Positions 15,367 to 37,770 of a DNA stretch of 64,000 bases are shown here, one piece after another. The notes under the pieces are model-generated. The model was given only the letters and a program-made list of their open reading frames with translations, did no database searches and was not told the DNA's origin. Within the stretch, counting starts at the first letter, position 1. Each line of letters starts with the position of its first letter. A program made the position numbers and the translations under genes. Source of the DNA: the human T2T-CHM13v2.0 reference genome, Homo sapiens. The stretch lies in the NCBI RefSeq assembly GCF_009914755.1, contig NC_060933.1, one strand, 5' to 3'.

Positions 15367-16485
15367 GCTTCTTTGCCGCACCTCGTGCTGCACCCTAGAA
15401 TCTGCACTGGGATCTGGAATCTCAGGGCACCGAGAAGTCATGGGGGCTCCCCTGCACCTGCAGGAACAGCTCAGAGCCACCCCACGCAAGACGGCCGCCT
15501 CCCTACCCACTGCAGGCCCCACTGCTCCCTACTGTTCCACACAAACCCAAGTCACAGCTTGGCCAGGCTCAGGACGACGGGGCTGTGATGCTAGACCTGG
15601 TCTTCCTCTTGGAACCTTCTGGGCTTAAAAATCAGCCTTGTTCACAAAGGAGACTCAGCAAACCACTGTGATTCCAACAGCTCCACCAATTCTCATCCAG
15701 ACACCTTTAGCTGCCAAGCCCACACTTCTGCGACACCACTTAAGACCTGGCCCGGGACCGAAAGGGACCGAAGCCACCTCTCCCGCCAGCAGCCAGTGAA
15801 GGGTTGGATACTGATCCGACGCATCTCGCACCTGGGCGACTGTGCCGAGGTGCGACTGGTGCCCTGGCCCTGAACCTTGTCCTGTGTCCCAGGCGCCGGC
15901 ACTGCCCACTCTGGGCTTCTGTGAGTGGGCACCACTCTGGGGGTGCTGTGGGAGGCGGGGCCGGCACCAGCTGCTCCCACAGCCCTTCTGCTCGGCCCCT
16001 CTGGGAGCGTTTCCTTCCAGGGCGCTCACTGCCGTGCCGGGGACTCAGTCAGTGCCCAGTGCCCAGGAGGCAAACTCACCCACAAAGGACAGCCTACTGG
16101 CTGATTCTGTGAAGGTTCCGGAGGCGCAGAGGCTAACAGACATGGTGGGGCGTGGCTGGACCAAAGCTCAGGCCCAGGCCCACCTAGGACCCTGTGAGTG
16201 TGAGGGCCCAGTGCATGCTGGGAGACACAGGGTCGGCAGGGGGAGACCCAGGCCTGGGACCAGGCTGTGCCCTGACATCTCTGTTGGCTCAGGCAGCCTG
16301 AGGGCTCCTGGGACCCGGCACCCCGCACACAGCTGATGGCTGCCCACGGCCGGGTCCTTGATACCTCCATGTAGACCAGAAGCCCCAAACAGCCCCCACA
16401 CAGAGGCGGCCCTGAGCCAGGCGCGTCCTTGCCCCACCGCCCGAGAAGCCGTTTCCCCATGAGCCCGGCCACGTGGGCCACTCAC

Positions 16486-16653
16486 TTCTCTGAACCTGCC
16501 CTCGTGGTGGAGGCGGTGGACGTGTGCCAGCAGGCAGCTCCTGTCTGCATCCTGCAGCTGGAAGATGCTGGCCAGTGGTGCCGCAAGGCTGGGGGGGCTC
16601 TCAGTGAGGACTTTGACCGCTCGGGCCTGCAGCTGCTTCAGCCTCAGGCTGTG
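16486..16653 (-). CDS. EXD3: EXD3 coding exon, HSLRLKQLQARAV...HHEGRFRE
   Basis: Acceptor CTGCTCTTCCAG|, donor GAA|GTGAGT; 168 nt; peptide in ORF 16168..16707. Confidence 0.95.
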
Positions 16654-17006
16654 CTGGAAGAGCAGGGACCCAGACTTACTGGACGCAGCACCCAGTGGCT
16701 GGGCCATGGGGCCGATTGAGGCAGGCCTGGCTTAGGAAGCAGCGCCTGCCACTGTGGCCATGTGTGGGCATCGGGTGGCCTGCAGGGCTGGGGCACGGGA
16801 GGGGCGAGGCCGGTCTCAGCACGTGACTGTCAGGGGGCAGAGGGTGAAGCCACGGGCTGAGTCTTGGCCATAGCCCCCAGCATCCCCCTCCCCTTCCCTG
16901 GCTTGCTGAGCGGGCTGCAAAGGCCTGGGCAGGTGGATGCCGGGTCCACTATGCTGAGGGGCAGGGGCAGGAAGGGAGGTGACTGTCACAGAACCCATGG
17001 GCTCAC

Positions 17007-17180
17007 CTGGGCCAGGCTCGGGCATGGCTGTGCCTGTAGCCAGCACTGCAGCTGGTGGGAGATCCAGGCCGCCAGGGAGGGGCCCTCTCCCCGCTGGCCC
17101 CGGCAGCTCTCCAGCATGTCCAGAAGCCCGGCCAGGGGGTCGTCCAAGGCAGCAAACCCCCGCCAGGCTTCCTCCCGGAG
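17007..17180 (-). CDS. EXD3: EXD3 coding exon, LREEAWRGFAALDDP...QPCPSLAQ
   Basis: Acceptor TTTTGTGTCTCCACAG|, donor CAG|GTGAGC; 174 nt, phase 0; peptide visible in ORF 16986..17387. Confidence 0.95.
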
Positions 17181-18429
17181 CTGTGGAGACACAAAACCAC
17201 ACTGGCACTTTGTCTTGCACTCAAAGCCTCCTGGCAAGGCCTCCCCACCGCAGAGAGGTTTAAAATTTAATCCATTCAGAAGGTAGCTGTGGCCATTCAG
17301 CCGCCATCCGCGCCTCCGTGACTTTTCATGCCGCCGTTCTGGTCCGCTGCACCCCAGGCCCCCAGGGGCGGTGGTCATTGTCTGCACTAATTATCCCATA
17401 AAGACAGAGGGCCTGTTCTCCAGGCAGACAGAGGGCCGCTGGCCTGGGAGGCAACCGTAGCCCGAGCCACAGGTTCACAAGTCACTTTACCTGCGGCACT
17501 CGCGGGACACGGGCCTGGCCTGCCCTCAGCAGGCGAAAGAAACTGAAAGGCAAGAACCGAAACCCAAACTGAAAAATGCCTTTTATGTACTTTTCTATCC
17601 CTGACCCGCAGGAGATTTGGGAAACGGATAAGAGGTGGACGAAGAGAAGCAAAGCATCTGTTTTGGGCTCTGGCTTCCGGAAGATTCTACAGCAAGTTGG
17701 CCCTCGCTGCTGTGCAGCAGCCTCAGCGGCGCCGTCCTCTGTGGATTCCTGCAAGTGAGTCAACCGCTATAGACTTCAAGCCATAACGACTGCTTGCAGG
17801 TCATTCCGCAGGTAGAATCTTAACAGCTAAAGGGGTGGACGGGTTCACAGCTCAGCGCTCGGGACAGGGCGCAGCAGCCGACACCCGACCTGAAGCCGAC
17901 GGCCACGCAGGTGGGCAAGAGGGTGAGTTCCCAGCTGCTGGCTCCAGCCACGGGATGCGCCCCCAGAGGCCCAGGGAGGCTGCAAGCCGAGAGCGTGGGC
18001 CGCGCTGTTCTCGTCCCTGCGATGTGGATGGTGTGCTCTCCACGGGGCTCCAGGAGCAACATCCTGAGGCTGCCGCGCAGCTTTGAAAGCACTTGCTCCG
18101 GCGATTTGAAAGCTTACCGAAACAAAAGGCTCCCAGCACCTGACAAATCTCCCCACAAACACCCAGGAACAGCCGTGGAGCACACGCACATGAGTGTGTG
18201 AGGAGACCTCAGCGCTGTCCAGGAGGGTGCCATGCCCAAAGGCGCGGGAGGCAAGGCTGCAAAGTCCAGACCCTCCAAAGGATGCCCCTCGGGGAAAGTG
18301 GCCAGACAGGGTGAAAGGCAGCTTCTCTGTCCCTCGGGACTCTGGGAAGAAAAGGAAAGCCGCCCTTAAACAAAGCCTGAGCATCTCAAGCATCTGGAAC
18401 TTGAAGCAACTTGAAGGAGCTCCAGGAAC

Positions 18430-19320
<891 letters not shown>

Positions 19321-19528
19321 TTAAGTTGGCAGAAACAAAACATCATTCTTTAATCACTTTGCCGGGACACGTGGGCCCTAGGTCACCAGAGGGAAAAAGT
19401 TCCAGTAAATGAGCTCACAATGAAAACTTAGAAAACACACAAGGAAGCAAGCCACCATGAGTGACACCCACAAGTAGGTTGACTAAAGCTCTGAGAATGG
19501 GGAGTAACGGGACATCGATTTGGGAATG

Positions 19529-20701
<1,173 letters not shown>

Positions 20702-20745
20702 GCCAAACACAGAGAGTCGGTGGGCAAATGCAGGAACAACGCATC

Positions 20746-24295
<3,550 letters not shown>

Positions 24296-24869
24296 CATTC
24301 GATGAAGCCGACGCTCCGTGGCTCTGATTTGGGGTGCGCTCTCGCCCAGGCTGGTTTCTGTCACCCCCGGAGTTCTGCAGCACCCGTTCTAACCACAGCC
24401 CGCCTTCCCTCACTCCTGCTTCAGTCCCGTAAACCTTCTGCAAAATCCTGGCCCTCCAGACCCCAGCTGGGTCCTCCCCTCCAGGCCCCCAGTGGCAGCT
24501 GTGCCCCTTGTGTGCCCACGTCGGCCAGCGCAAGCCACACATGGACCCAGTGCCCACTGCACCCCTGCCAGCCTCAGGGTCCCAGCCCGTTGTTCCGGGA
24601 GACTTCAGTCCTGGCCCAGGCATCTCCTTCCAGCTCCTGTCCTTATCTTGGTGGCCTCAATGAACGTGCCAAGACCCTTGGGACCCATGGCTCTGAGACT
24701 GGGCTCCCCTTGCGCTGCCTGCCTCCCTCCCGGGGTCCCTGTGAAGGAAGCCGTCCCACCCACCCTGCCGGTCCCTCCTCCCTTCGAGCCCTTCACTGGT
24801 CTTCACTCCTCATTCCTGGTCCCCTCAGCTACAAAGAGCCTCCTGCTGTGCACGGAGAAAACAATGTGA

Positions 24870-25290
24870 GCTCCCCCACCCCAATGCCCCTCTGGGCGTC
24901 CCCCCCAATCCCCCTGCCAGTATCCCCCCCCACCCCAACCCCCGTCCGGGCATCCCCCTCAATCCTCCCGCCGGTATCCCCCCTCCTCCCCAACCCCCCT
25001 CCAGGCGTCCCCCCCAATCTCCCCGCCAGTATCCCCCCCACCCCAACCCCCTTCTGGGCGTCCCCCCCAATCCCCCCACCGGTATCTCCCCCACCCCAAC
25101 CCCCCTCTGGGCGTCCCCCCCGATAACGCCCACCAGTATCCCCCCTCTGGGCATCCCCCCCAATCCCTCCACTGGTTCCCCCCCACCCCAATGCCCCTCT
25201 GGGCATCCCCCCAATCCTCCCCACCCGTATCCCCCCTCCTCCCCAACCCCCCTCTGGGCATCCCCCCCAATCCCCCCGCCGGTATCCCCC
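24870..25290. repeat. C-rich ~45-bp tandem repeat (G-run-rich on the EXD3 sense strand)
   Basis: Directly visible. Confidence 0.9.
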
Positions 25291-25439
25291 TTCCTCCCTG
25301 CTGGCTGGCATCCCCTGCACTGAGCTGTTGGCTCCACTCACGGCTTCAGTAGTGGGGCTGGGGGGGTCCCATGGGCTCAGCAGCACCAGAAGGCCCCCCC
25401 GAGGGGCTGTTAGGATAGGACCACCCTGTTACAACAGGA

Positions 25440-26205
<766 letters not shown>

Positions 26206-26504
26206 TCACGTTAGAGGAACACCTAAGCCCTCCCAGACGGCCAACAGTCCCATTGCCCCCTTTATACTGCAGACCGCCCCAAGGAGTTCTCCAAAATCCT
26301 GGTCTTCATCTCCCTCCTCTGGGGGCACCCGGCGTCTGTGCCACCATATGGGGGTCCCCAAGACCTCCATGTGCAGCCGGCTCTAGGGTTGGGCTTCTCC
26401 TCAGCACCCAGGACCCCCAAGGACCCCATCTTCAAGGCTCCTGGCCCACCCAGGGCCACTGGGCATGTGGCATTCGCCAGCTTGCTGGAATCCGGGAATG
26501 TGAT

Positions 26505-26812
26505 GGAGGCGCGAGGAGGAGGTGAGAGCACGAGGAGGAGGTGAGGGCGCAGGGAGGAGGTGGGAGCACGCAGAGGAGGTGAGGACGCGGGGAGGAGGTG
26601 AGGACGCGGGGAGGAGGTGAGGGCGCGGGGAGGAGGTGAGGGCGCGCGGAGGAGGTGAGGGCGCGCGGTGGAGGTCAGGGCGGCGGTGGAGGTCAGGGCG
26701 GCGGTGGAGGTGAGGGCGCGGGGAGGAGGTGAGGGCGCGGGGAGGAGGTGGGAGCATGCGGAGGAGGTGAGGGCGCGTGGAGGAGGTGAGGGCGCGCGGA
26801 GGAGGTGAGGGC
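26505..26812 (+). repeat. 18-bp tandem repeat (GGAGGAGGTGAGGGCGCG)n, ~17 copies
   Basis: Directly visible. Confidence 0.92.
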
Positions 26813-27920
26813 ACAGACACAGGCCCACCCCATGAAGATGAAATGCCTGACGGCCTCATGGCTGTCAGCGGAGCCCGGAGCAGATCTCAGCCCTGTCTGT
26901 GTATAAACAAGCGCTGCTCCAAGGAGACGCCAGGACGAATGTCAGGACATAGGGAGGAAAGGACAGTGGAATCCCACAACTCAGACACGTGGGGGGCGGG
27001 GGGCAGAGGGCGGGACCCGGGGAGGCTCACACCACACACGCAGGTGCCAAAGAGCGAGGAAGACTGAGCGTCACAGACGAAGGTCCGACAAGAGAGCCTG
27101 GAAATGGAACGGCAGAGGGAAATCTCAAAAGCAAGGACAGAGATTCACAAGCTGGAGGCCCAAGAAGCCACCGAGCTGATGGACAAACGAAAGCTGGCAG
27201 AGGTGGGTGCAGGAGAGAGGCAGACACAGGAGCAGGCAGCGCCAGGGCTGGGGTCAGAGGGCATCCCCCGGGCCTGCAGGGGTGACCTCAGGCCAGTGGA
27301 TGTGGCACTCAGAGGAGCTGGGCTGGGGTTGGAGGGCGTCCCCCGGACCTGCAGGAGCGACCTCGGGCCAGAGGACGCGGCACTCAGGACTTGGCAGCTT
27401 CCTGTGCACAGGCCATTGCCACTAAGGAGCCGGAATCCGCGTCTGCCCCCACAGGGGGCCGGCCCTCCCTCTGTAGCCTCTCCCCTGGCCTCTCCCGCCC
27501 AGCCTCCTGCCCTGCTCAAGTCCCACCCCTTCCTAAGGCCTCCCTGTCCTGGACACCTGCCCCAGTGGCCACCCGGGCCTGGGTGCTCTGGCGGTGGCAG
27601 GACGGGGCCTCAGGCCTGGCAGTGCTGGCGACAGCTGTGTCCCTGCAGGTGAGTGGCCCCTGCGCCTCCCAGAGGTGACCTCAGAGGGGCTGCTGGGGCC
27701 AGGCAGTGCCTTTACCACCCTGGGGACTTGAGGAGGACCGCCCCCTGCCCCACACAGGCCACCCTGGAGGCGGTCTGGGGCAGCAGCTGTGCAGGACCCT
27801 GTGGCCGTGGGGGGCTGTGCAGCTTCCTGACCAGGGAGGCCTCCTGTTAGGCCAGTCTCTGCCCAACAGTCAGTTCTGCTGGCTGTGACTTGGCACGTGG
27901 TGGCTGCCACGTCCACTCAC

Positions 27921-27985
27921 CTGCTTCCGCTCCCGCGTGGACCACAGGGTCTGCAGGGCCTGCAGGAGCAGGAGGGGGTCCTGGC
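27921..27985 (-). CDS. EXD3: EXD3 coding exon, (G)QDPLLLLQALQTLWSTRERKQ
   Basis: Acceptor CTTATCTCCACAG|, donor CAG|GTGAGT; 65 nt, cumulative 120 nt, phase consistent. Confidence 0.93.
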
Positions 27986-28859
27986 CTGTGGAGATAAGAT
28001 AACAGCCGTGGGAGGGAGAGGCAGGTGCAGGGGCTATCGCACAGCCCGCCGGGAAGTCCCTCCCACTGACCCGCAATGCCTGGGGCTCCTCTGGACCCGG
28101 GGGGCCGGGAACCCTCCCCCACCTCTGTCTGGCACACACACAACACACCTGCCAGCTGCGGCAGCACCCACCCTGTTCCTTCCCTGTGGCCCGTGGCCGC
28201 CCATCCAGCTGAGTCCGCCCAGCAGCACTTCAACCACGCTCAGCCCTGGGAGCTGGGCCTCATCTTTCAGCTGCAGGTGCAGAGCAGCCCTCGTGGGCCT
28301 GAGCCTCTACCTGCTCCGCCTGGCGCCCTCGGCAACCTCATCAGCATCTTCTCACCCAAACCCTGCACCGCAGTCCTGGCACCACGAGGACCCCAAGCCC
28401 CTGCCCTCTTTAGGTTTCGGTCCCCGGCCCTCCCGCGCCGCCCCCTCCCTCCAGCCCCGCCTGGGAGGCCCCCGACCTCACTGCAGCAACAGTGCCAACC
28501 AAAGACGCTGCCCCACACGGACAGGGCCACCAGAGCGAGACCCGAGGGAGGTTTCCAGACAGAACCCAGGGGCTGCGTGGCTTGGCTTGGAGGCCGGTGG
28601 TGCAGGGGAGTGGAGACCCACTCAGGCCTGGTCATGTGGTAGGGTCAGGGTCGGAGGCCAGGGAGGGGCAGGTGCCAGCAGGGACTCCACAGGGGAGGCC
28701 TGAGGACAGGAGCCTGGGTGGATTCCGCAGTGAACTCCCCCTGGACCTGGGGGGCTGTGGAAGCTGCTGGGCCCCCCTGCAGGGCAGGACGGGAACAGGG
28801 AAGGCCCCGTGTTGCTGCGAGGGAGGCTGAGGACTCACATGAGATCAGATCAGACCTCA

Positions 28860-30901
<2,042 letters not shown>

Positions 30902-31359
30902 TCAATCCATCCATCAATAAGCAGGGTGTCCTTATTATTCTTTTTAAGTTCTCCAAATCGAGATCCACCTTTCCAGGTGGGAAGTTGGTGATGCCGGCCC
31001 TCCTACTCCCCAGTCAGTGTTGCTGGTCTTTGCCCTGCTCAGGTCCTGCTGGTTCTGCCCTCCAGGTGGGCAGGGTCTGCCCCCTCCCACCGACCTGGGC
31101 CACTCCAGATTCCCAGGGGACTCCCTGCCTTGACGCTGTGCCCTCAGACAACACCCAGCCGCGCAACACGGCACAGCCCTAGCATCCTACAGAAATATGG
31201 GGCAGGCCAGGCCACTTTATGGACTCCACCGTGGCCCCTCAGCCTTGAGAGTCAAAGCCAGGGCCCACCACATCCTCCCAGCCTCCAACCTCCGTGTACC
31301 TGGACCCTGCCCCTTGGGCCTGAGGCTGCTTCTCGAGCACCCAGCAGCCTGCCCGGAAG

Positions 31360-31810
31360 CCCCCTCAGCACCCCTGCTCCCTGCCTGCCTCCCTCAGCAC
31401 CCCTGCTCCCTGCCTGGCCCCCTCAGCACACCTGCTCCCTGCCTGCCTCCCTCAGCACCCCTGCTCCCTGCCTGGCCCCCTCAGCACCCCTGCTCCCTGC
31501 CTGGCCCCCTCAGCACCCCTGCTCCCTGCCTGCCTCCCTCAGCACCCCTGCTCCCTGCCTGCCTCCCTCAGCACCCCTGCTCCCTGCCTGCCTCCCTCAG
31601 CACCCCTGCTCCCTGCCTGGCCCCCTCAGCACCCCTGCTCCCTGCCTGCCTCCCTCAGCACCCCTGCTCCGTGCTTGGCCCCCGGCCCTTGCTTCCTGCC
31701 TGGCCCCCGGCCCCTACTCCTTGTCTGCCTCCCTCAGCGCCTCTGTTCCCTGCCTGGCCCTCGGCCCCCGCTCCCTGCCTGGCCCCCGGCCCCTGCCCTT
31801 CTGCCCCTGT
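31360..31810. repeat. ~29-bp tandem repeat (CCCTCAGCACCCCTGCTCCCTGCCTGCCT), degenerating rightwards
   Basis: Directly visible. Confidence 0.92.
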
Positions 31811-34436
31811 CGCTTCACTGTGGCCTCAACGCTGAGCCCCAGGGCAGTGACCGCCTGGGTCTCCTTCCAGGCCATGGCCGGTGCACGATGGACACTCCAC
31901 GGTGCCCGCCCCAGCCATTCCAGGGCCAGCCGTGCACACATGGTGCTCACAGCCCACGCAACTGGGGAGCCCTGGGGAGCCCTGAGTCTCTCGGGCCAGA
32001 GCTGGAGGGACCCATGGCAGGTGTGGCGGGACAAGTGTCTGCCGTGCCGGGCTCAGACACGGCCATGCTGACACTCATCTCACACAATTGCTGGCTTCCT
32101 GTTCATACAACAGAAGAAAAACAGGATGTCCAGGGGCGGCTTCTGTCTGAACGAAGAAGACAAGCGAGCTCTGTGAGCCCCAGGGCTCAGCAGTGAGAGG
32201 ACAGGGTGCCTGGGAGAGCCCTGGGGGACACACCCCACTCAGCACACAGCACCCCATGCACCCCAACTCAGGGATACCACGCAGGGGCACGGGGTCCGAG
32301 AAGGGCGGGTGGGGCTTGGAGCTGACACCGAGGGACCTCCCAGACCCGCTCTCCGGCCCCAGAAGCCCCAGCCAGCCCTCCCTGAGGTCGCCTCCTCGTG
32401 CAGTAGCTTCTGGGGGCCTTTGGTCCCCAGCGTGGATGTTTGGCCGGAGCTCCGTGGGTGGCCTCTGGCCCCCACCTCCACACCCAGGCCCAAGTTCCCT
32501 GAATTCGCCAAGTTCATCAGTGCTGCACCGATGCCTGGGACCTGCAGACAGGCAGGTCTAGGACGCTGAGACAGATGGCCCTGGCCAGGAGGCTGGGCCC
32601 TGACCCTGGACCCTGCCCCTTGGAACCGTGTGGGTGGGGGCAGAGCGGGGCAGCTGTGTATTAGGAGGACACCTAGAAAAAACTCAAGCTCAAGAATAAA
32701 AGTCCCACAGTCCCCCGAATGTGGATTCACATCCAAGAGCTGGGCTGCTTCTCTCTGGGGGGCTGAATCATGGTCCCTGCCCAGCACCAGAGCCTGGTGC
32801 CCACACTGGCTTCCCCCCCAGCCACCCTCCCCAAAACGTGCCTGGGAGGGCTCAGGAACTCTGTGGGGTTGGCCTGAGGGTGTCCAGGCAGAGGCGGCCA
32901 GGACGGCTCCACCATCTGTCCCCAGGACGGCTCCCCAGCTGACACCCCCGCGCCGGCCGACGGGAGGACGGATGGTTGCAGGGACGCAGGATGGGCAGAA
33001 CACAGGGACGCCACTTCCTCCAAACGACACCCGGCTAATGGGGCTGCCTTCACCTTGAGACACAGACGCACGCGGGAAACTGTGGGCTGCGGAGTGGGTG
33101 GTGCCGAAGGCTCTGTTATTCCCGACACTCTACCATAAAGCGGGGATGAGAAACACAGGGGGCTTTTTATCCACAGGGTTGGGGGCACAGAAGCCCCAGG
33201 AACTGAGGCCGACCCCAGCAGCGGGCGCCAGGCAGAGGACACCAGGCAGCGGATGCTGGCAGGGGACACCCGGCCTCCAGGCAGGAAGTCTGTGACGTGG
33301 TCTTCACAAAGCCCCCGAGTGGGTCTCCCCGGCAGCTGGCTCTCCTCTTGGGGCCTGGGTCACAAAGCTCACAGCCCGTCTCCAAGGCCGTCCCACACCT
33401 GCCAGCAGCATCAGACCCCGCGGCAGTGAGTGTAGAAGAGCCCGGCCGCCCAGACCAGACCCCACGCGCTGTGGTGACCTGCATGTCCACGGGTCCGGGC
33501 ACCTGCTATCAGCACAGCACCCCGCCTGGGTCAGTCCTCTGACCGCCCACGGACAGCAGAAAGGGCCAGCCCACGGCCTCAGCTCCCCTCAGAGACCCCA
33601 TGGCACCTCCCGCAGGCGTGTCCTGAGAGGCCACGCCCACCCACCACGCACTGGGGCCTCCGTCCCTCTGCCATGAGTCTGTCTCCTGGTGGCCTTCTGG
33701 CGTCCGGGGGCAGCTGAGATGGGGCCACCCCCTCCAGCCCAACCGTCTCTGGTCTCAGATTCCACCCACATCTGCCTGTGCTCAGCTGCAGGCAGGGCGG
33801 GGGACGTGATAAGGACAGAGGCGGCAACGAGACCCCAAGCCCGGCGGACAGCGTGTGCCCTCCACCTCGGCTCGCCGCAGAGGACCGCCCGTGTCTGGGG
33901 AGTGAGGTGAAGGGGCTCCCGGAGGTCCAGCATCTGGCACGGAGCCCTTGCTCTATCAACACAGCGGCCCACAACCCCAGCACAGCACCGTCTCTCATCG
34001 GTCATGGGTCCCCTCACCCTCAGTCCTACTCACTTGCCTCATCCATGAAGCCGAGGGCCTTGGAGACAGAACCTGACCCAGCCTAAGCCCAAGCTGCCTC
34101 TGCTGGGAAAGCGGGATGAGGGGGAGAGCCCACCGTTCGATGCTGTGGACCCCACAAGGAGGCAGAGAGGGAAAGGGCGGTACCAGCTCAGGGGGCATGA
34201 GGCGGACGCCACTCAGAGACAGTGAGTACGTCGAGGTGCTGGGACGCTCGGAGCGAGAGGGACAGAGAGGGACAGTGAGACCAGCAAGGAGCTGGGACGC
34301 TGGGAGCCAGGTGGATGCATGCAGAGAGGGACAGAGAGATCCCCAAATTTCATTCTGCAACCGCAGGTCAGAAAATCTGCTGAAGAAAAGATCCTACCTA
34401 CAACAGAAATATTGGAAGATGAAATGCCTATTTTTA

Positions 34437-35121
<685 letters not shown>

Positions 35122-36428
35122 TCACATAAACTAACTCCTTCAATATTCACACAGAAATGAGGCCCGGTATTGGCGTTAGAATCATCATTCAGATGAGAAA
35201 ACAGGTTAGGCAGCGTGGCCCGGTCACACAGTGAGGAAGATGAGCCCTCTCTGCTGGCAGGTGTGGAAGGGCGTTTTCACGGTTTTATGAGGCCAGCTGT
35301 GACTTCCCTCCGGTCTCCCTCATGTCACCCTCATGTCACAGCCCGAGGTTTGGCTCCGCAGCCTTGGAGGCAGAGAAAGCACCACCCCCACTGCCAGCTG
35401 GGCCTGGGCAGGCGCCGGGCCAGGCCAGCTCAGCCTCCTTCAGTGGAGCCGAGGAGAGAAAGGCCCGGGAGCCTCCTGGCCAGGTCAAGGCCAGTGGACG
35501 CTGAGGGCAGGGGGTGAGGACACAGTGAGGGTGGCTCAGAGGCTGCCACAAAGTGCCTGTGACCTCGTCGTGGGACAGGGACAAGCCCGTCCCCAGGGTC
35601 CTGGAGGCAGATCTGGTGTCCACACCTCTGGGGGACCCATGGTGGGGCGGGGGTGGCCTGCTCGGCATGGAGAGGGGCAGGGCAGCCTCGGCAGCTTCTC
35701 CTTACCCCCCTCCCAGCAGGGCCTCGGCCGCCGCCCTTCCTCAGGTGTCCCCACGTCCACCCACAGCCACAGCCCACCAGTGAGGCCTGAGAGGGAGGCG
35801 TCTCCAGGAACCCGCACGTTCACGGTGCATTACGAGAGCGGCATGCGCTCATCACGGAGCTTCGTAGGAAAAGTGGCCTCTCCTGCGGGCCCTGCCCTGT
35901 TCACCGCCGTGTCCACACTGGGCGGGTGCCGAGGAACCCGTCTGGAGCGTGGACGCTGGATGTGAGGCTGGCCACGTCCCCAGCCCCAGGCACCTCAGCA
36001 GGCCCAAGCTGTAGGGCATGGGTCTCCTCCGGGAAGCCAGGGCAGCCTCAGCCTTGGAGGCTCCCATTGTCCGGAGCCCAGCAAGATGGGGAGGAGCGGC
36101 GGATGTGGAGGGAAAGGGAACCCAGGCCGGCAGGCTTCCTGGAGCTGCTGCATCTGCCAGAGGGCCGGCCTCCCCGCCCCACCCCACCGCCCGCCGGCCC
36201 TGGTGATTCCTGGAGCTGCTGCCTCTGCCAGAGGGCCGGCCTCCCTGCCCCGCCCCGCCCCGCCTCGCCGACCGCCGGCCCTGGTGCCCAGCTGCAGTTT
36301 AATGCCGTCTGTGGGACTCTGAATTTCCCAAGGAAGGCTCAAGCGCCGCCTGGAAACCCCGAACCAGGTGGACGTGGGCAACGTGGACTTTCTGACCTCA
36401 ACTGCGCCTGCTCATGCAAAAGCTGAAG

Positions 36429-36744
36429 TTTTTTATTTTTTTTGAGATGGAGTCTCGCTCTGTTCCCCAGGCTGGAGTGCAATGACACAACCTCGGATAA
36501 CTGTAACCTCCGCCTCCAGGGTTCAAGCAGTTCTACTGCCTCCAAGCCATTCTCCTGCCTCAGCCTCCCCAGTAGCTGGGAATACAGGCGCCCGCCACCA
36601 TGTCCAGCTAATTTTTGTATTTTTAGTAGAGACGGGGTTTCACCATGTTGGCCAGGATGGTCTCGATCTTCTGACCTCGTGATCCTCCTGCCTCGGCCTC
36701 CCACAGTACTGGGATTACAGGCGTGAGCCACCATAATCCTGGCC
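36429..36744 (-). mobile_element. Alu
   Basis: Alu motifs. Confidence 0.88.
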
Positions 36745-37279
36745 GTGAGCCTGGCCAAGGCTGAAGTTTTAGGAGGAAAGGAATCTGTGAGCGCAGTGGA
36801 CATTCGGATGGGAATGTTTCTTGGCCTCGGGGGAGGGAGAGAGGAACAGGAGCTCAGCCCCCTTCTCCTGTCCCGATGATGCCTCCTGACCCAGCGCGGG
36901 AGGGCCTCTCTAGAACACGCCAGAGGTGGCCATGTGGACTCTCCTCCAATGACCTGGACCAGGCACTCTACCTAAAAGGACAAACCCAGGCCTGGCTGTC
37001 GGGGGCAGGGTCCCAGGGGCCACAGACGCGGATGTCCTGCTCAGTGACCAGGGTGGCACGGACAGGTGTCCAGGCAGCGAGGCGGGGCCAGCACAGGGGC
37101 CAGGACACCTCCTGGGAAGAAGCTGACCCAGAGCCTGAGTAGGGGAGCCCACTGGGGAGGGCTGAGCTGGGGCCTCTTGTGGAGCTGGCCTTGTTGACAG
37201 AGCTGGACACGAACCATGTAAGGGCAGATGCCTAAAGCAGCACAGAAAGGATGGGGGGATGTGGCCATTCCAGGAAGCG

Positions 37280-37770
37280 CCAGGCTGTTCCAGGGGGTGC
37301 TGTGTCTGTTCTGGGGGGGCTGTGTCTGTTCCAGGAGCACCAGGCTGTTCCAGGGGGCACCGAGGCTGTTCCAGGGGGCACCGAGGCTGTTCCAGGGGGC
37401 ATCGAGGCTGTTCTGTGGGGGGGCGCCGTGTCTGTTCCAGGGAGGGCCATTAGTGTTCCAGGGGGCACCGAGGCTGTTCCAGGGAGGACCATTAGTGTTC
37501 CAGCGGGCACCATGTCTGTTCTGGCGGGGGGCCGTATCTGTTCCAGGGAGGGCCATTAGTGTTCCAGGGGGTGCTGAGGCTGTTCCAGGGGGCACCGAGG
37601 CTGTTCTCGGTGGGGGTGCCGTGTCTGTTCCAGGGAGGGCCATTAGTGTTCCAGGGGGTGCTGAGGCTGTTCCAGGGGGCACCGAGGCTGTTCTCGGTGG
37701 GGGTGCCGTGTCTGTTCCAGGGAGGGCCATTAGTGTTCCAGGGGGCGCCGAGGCTGTTCCAGGGGCCCTG
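37280..37770. repeat. 21-bp-based compound VNTR (GAGGCTGTTCCAGGGGGCACC and variants) with higher-order repeats
   Basis: Directly visible. Confidence 0.9.
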
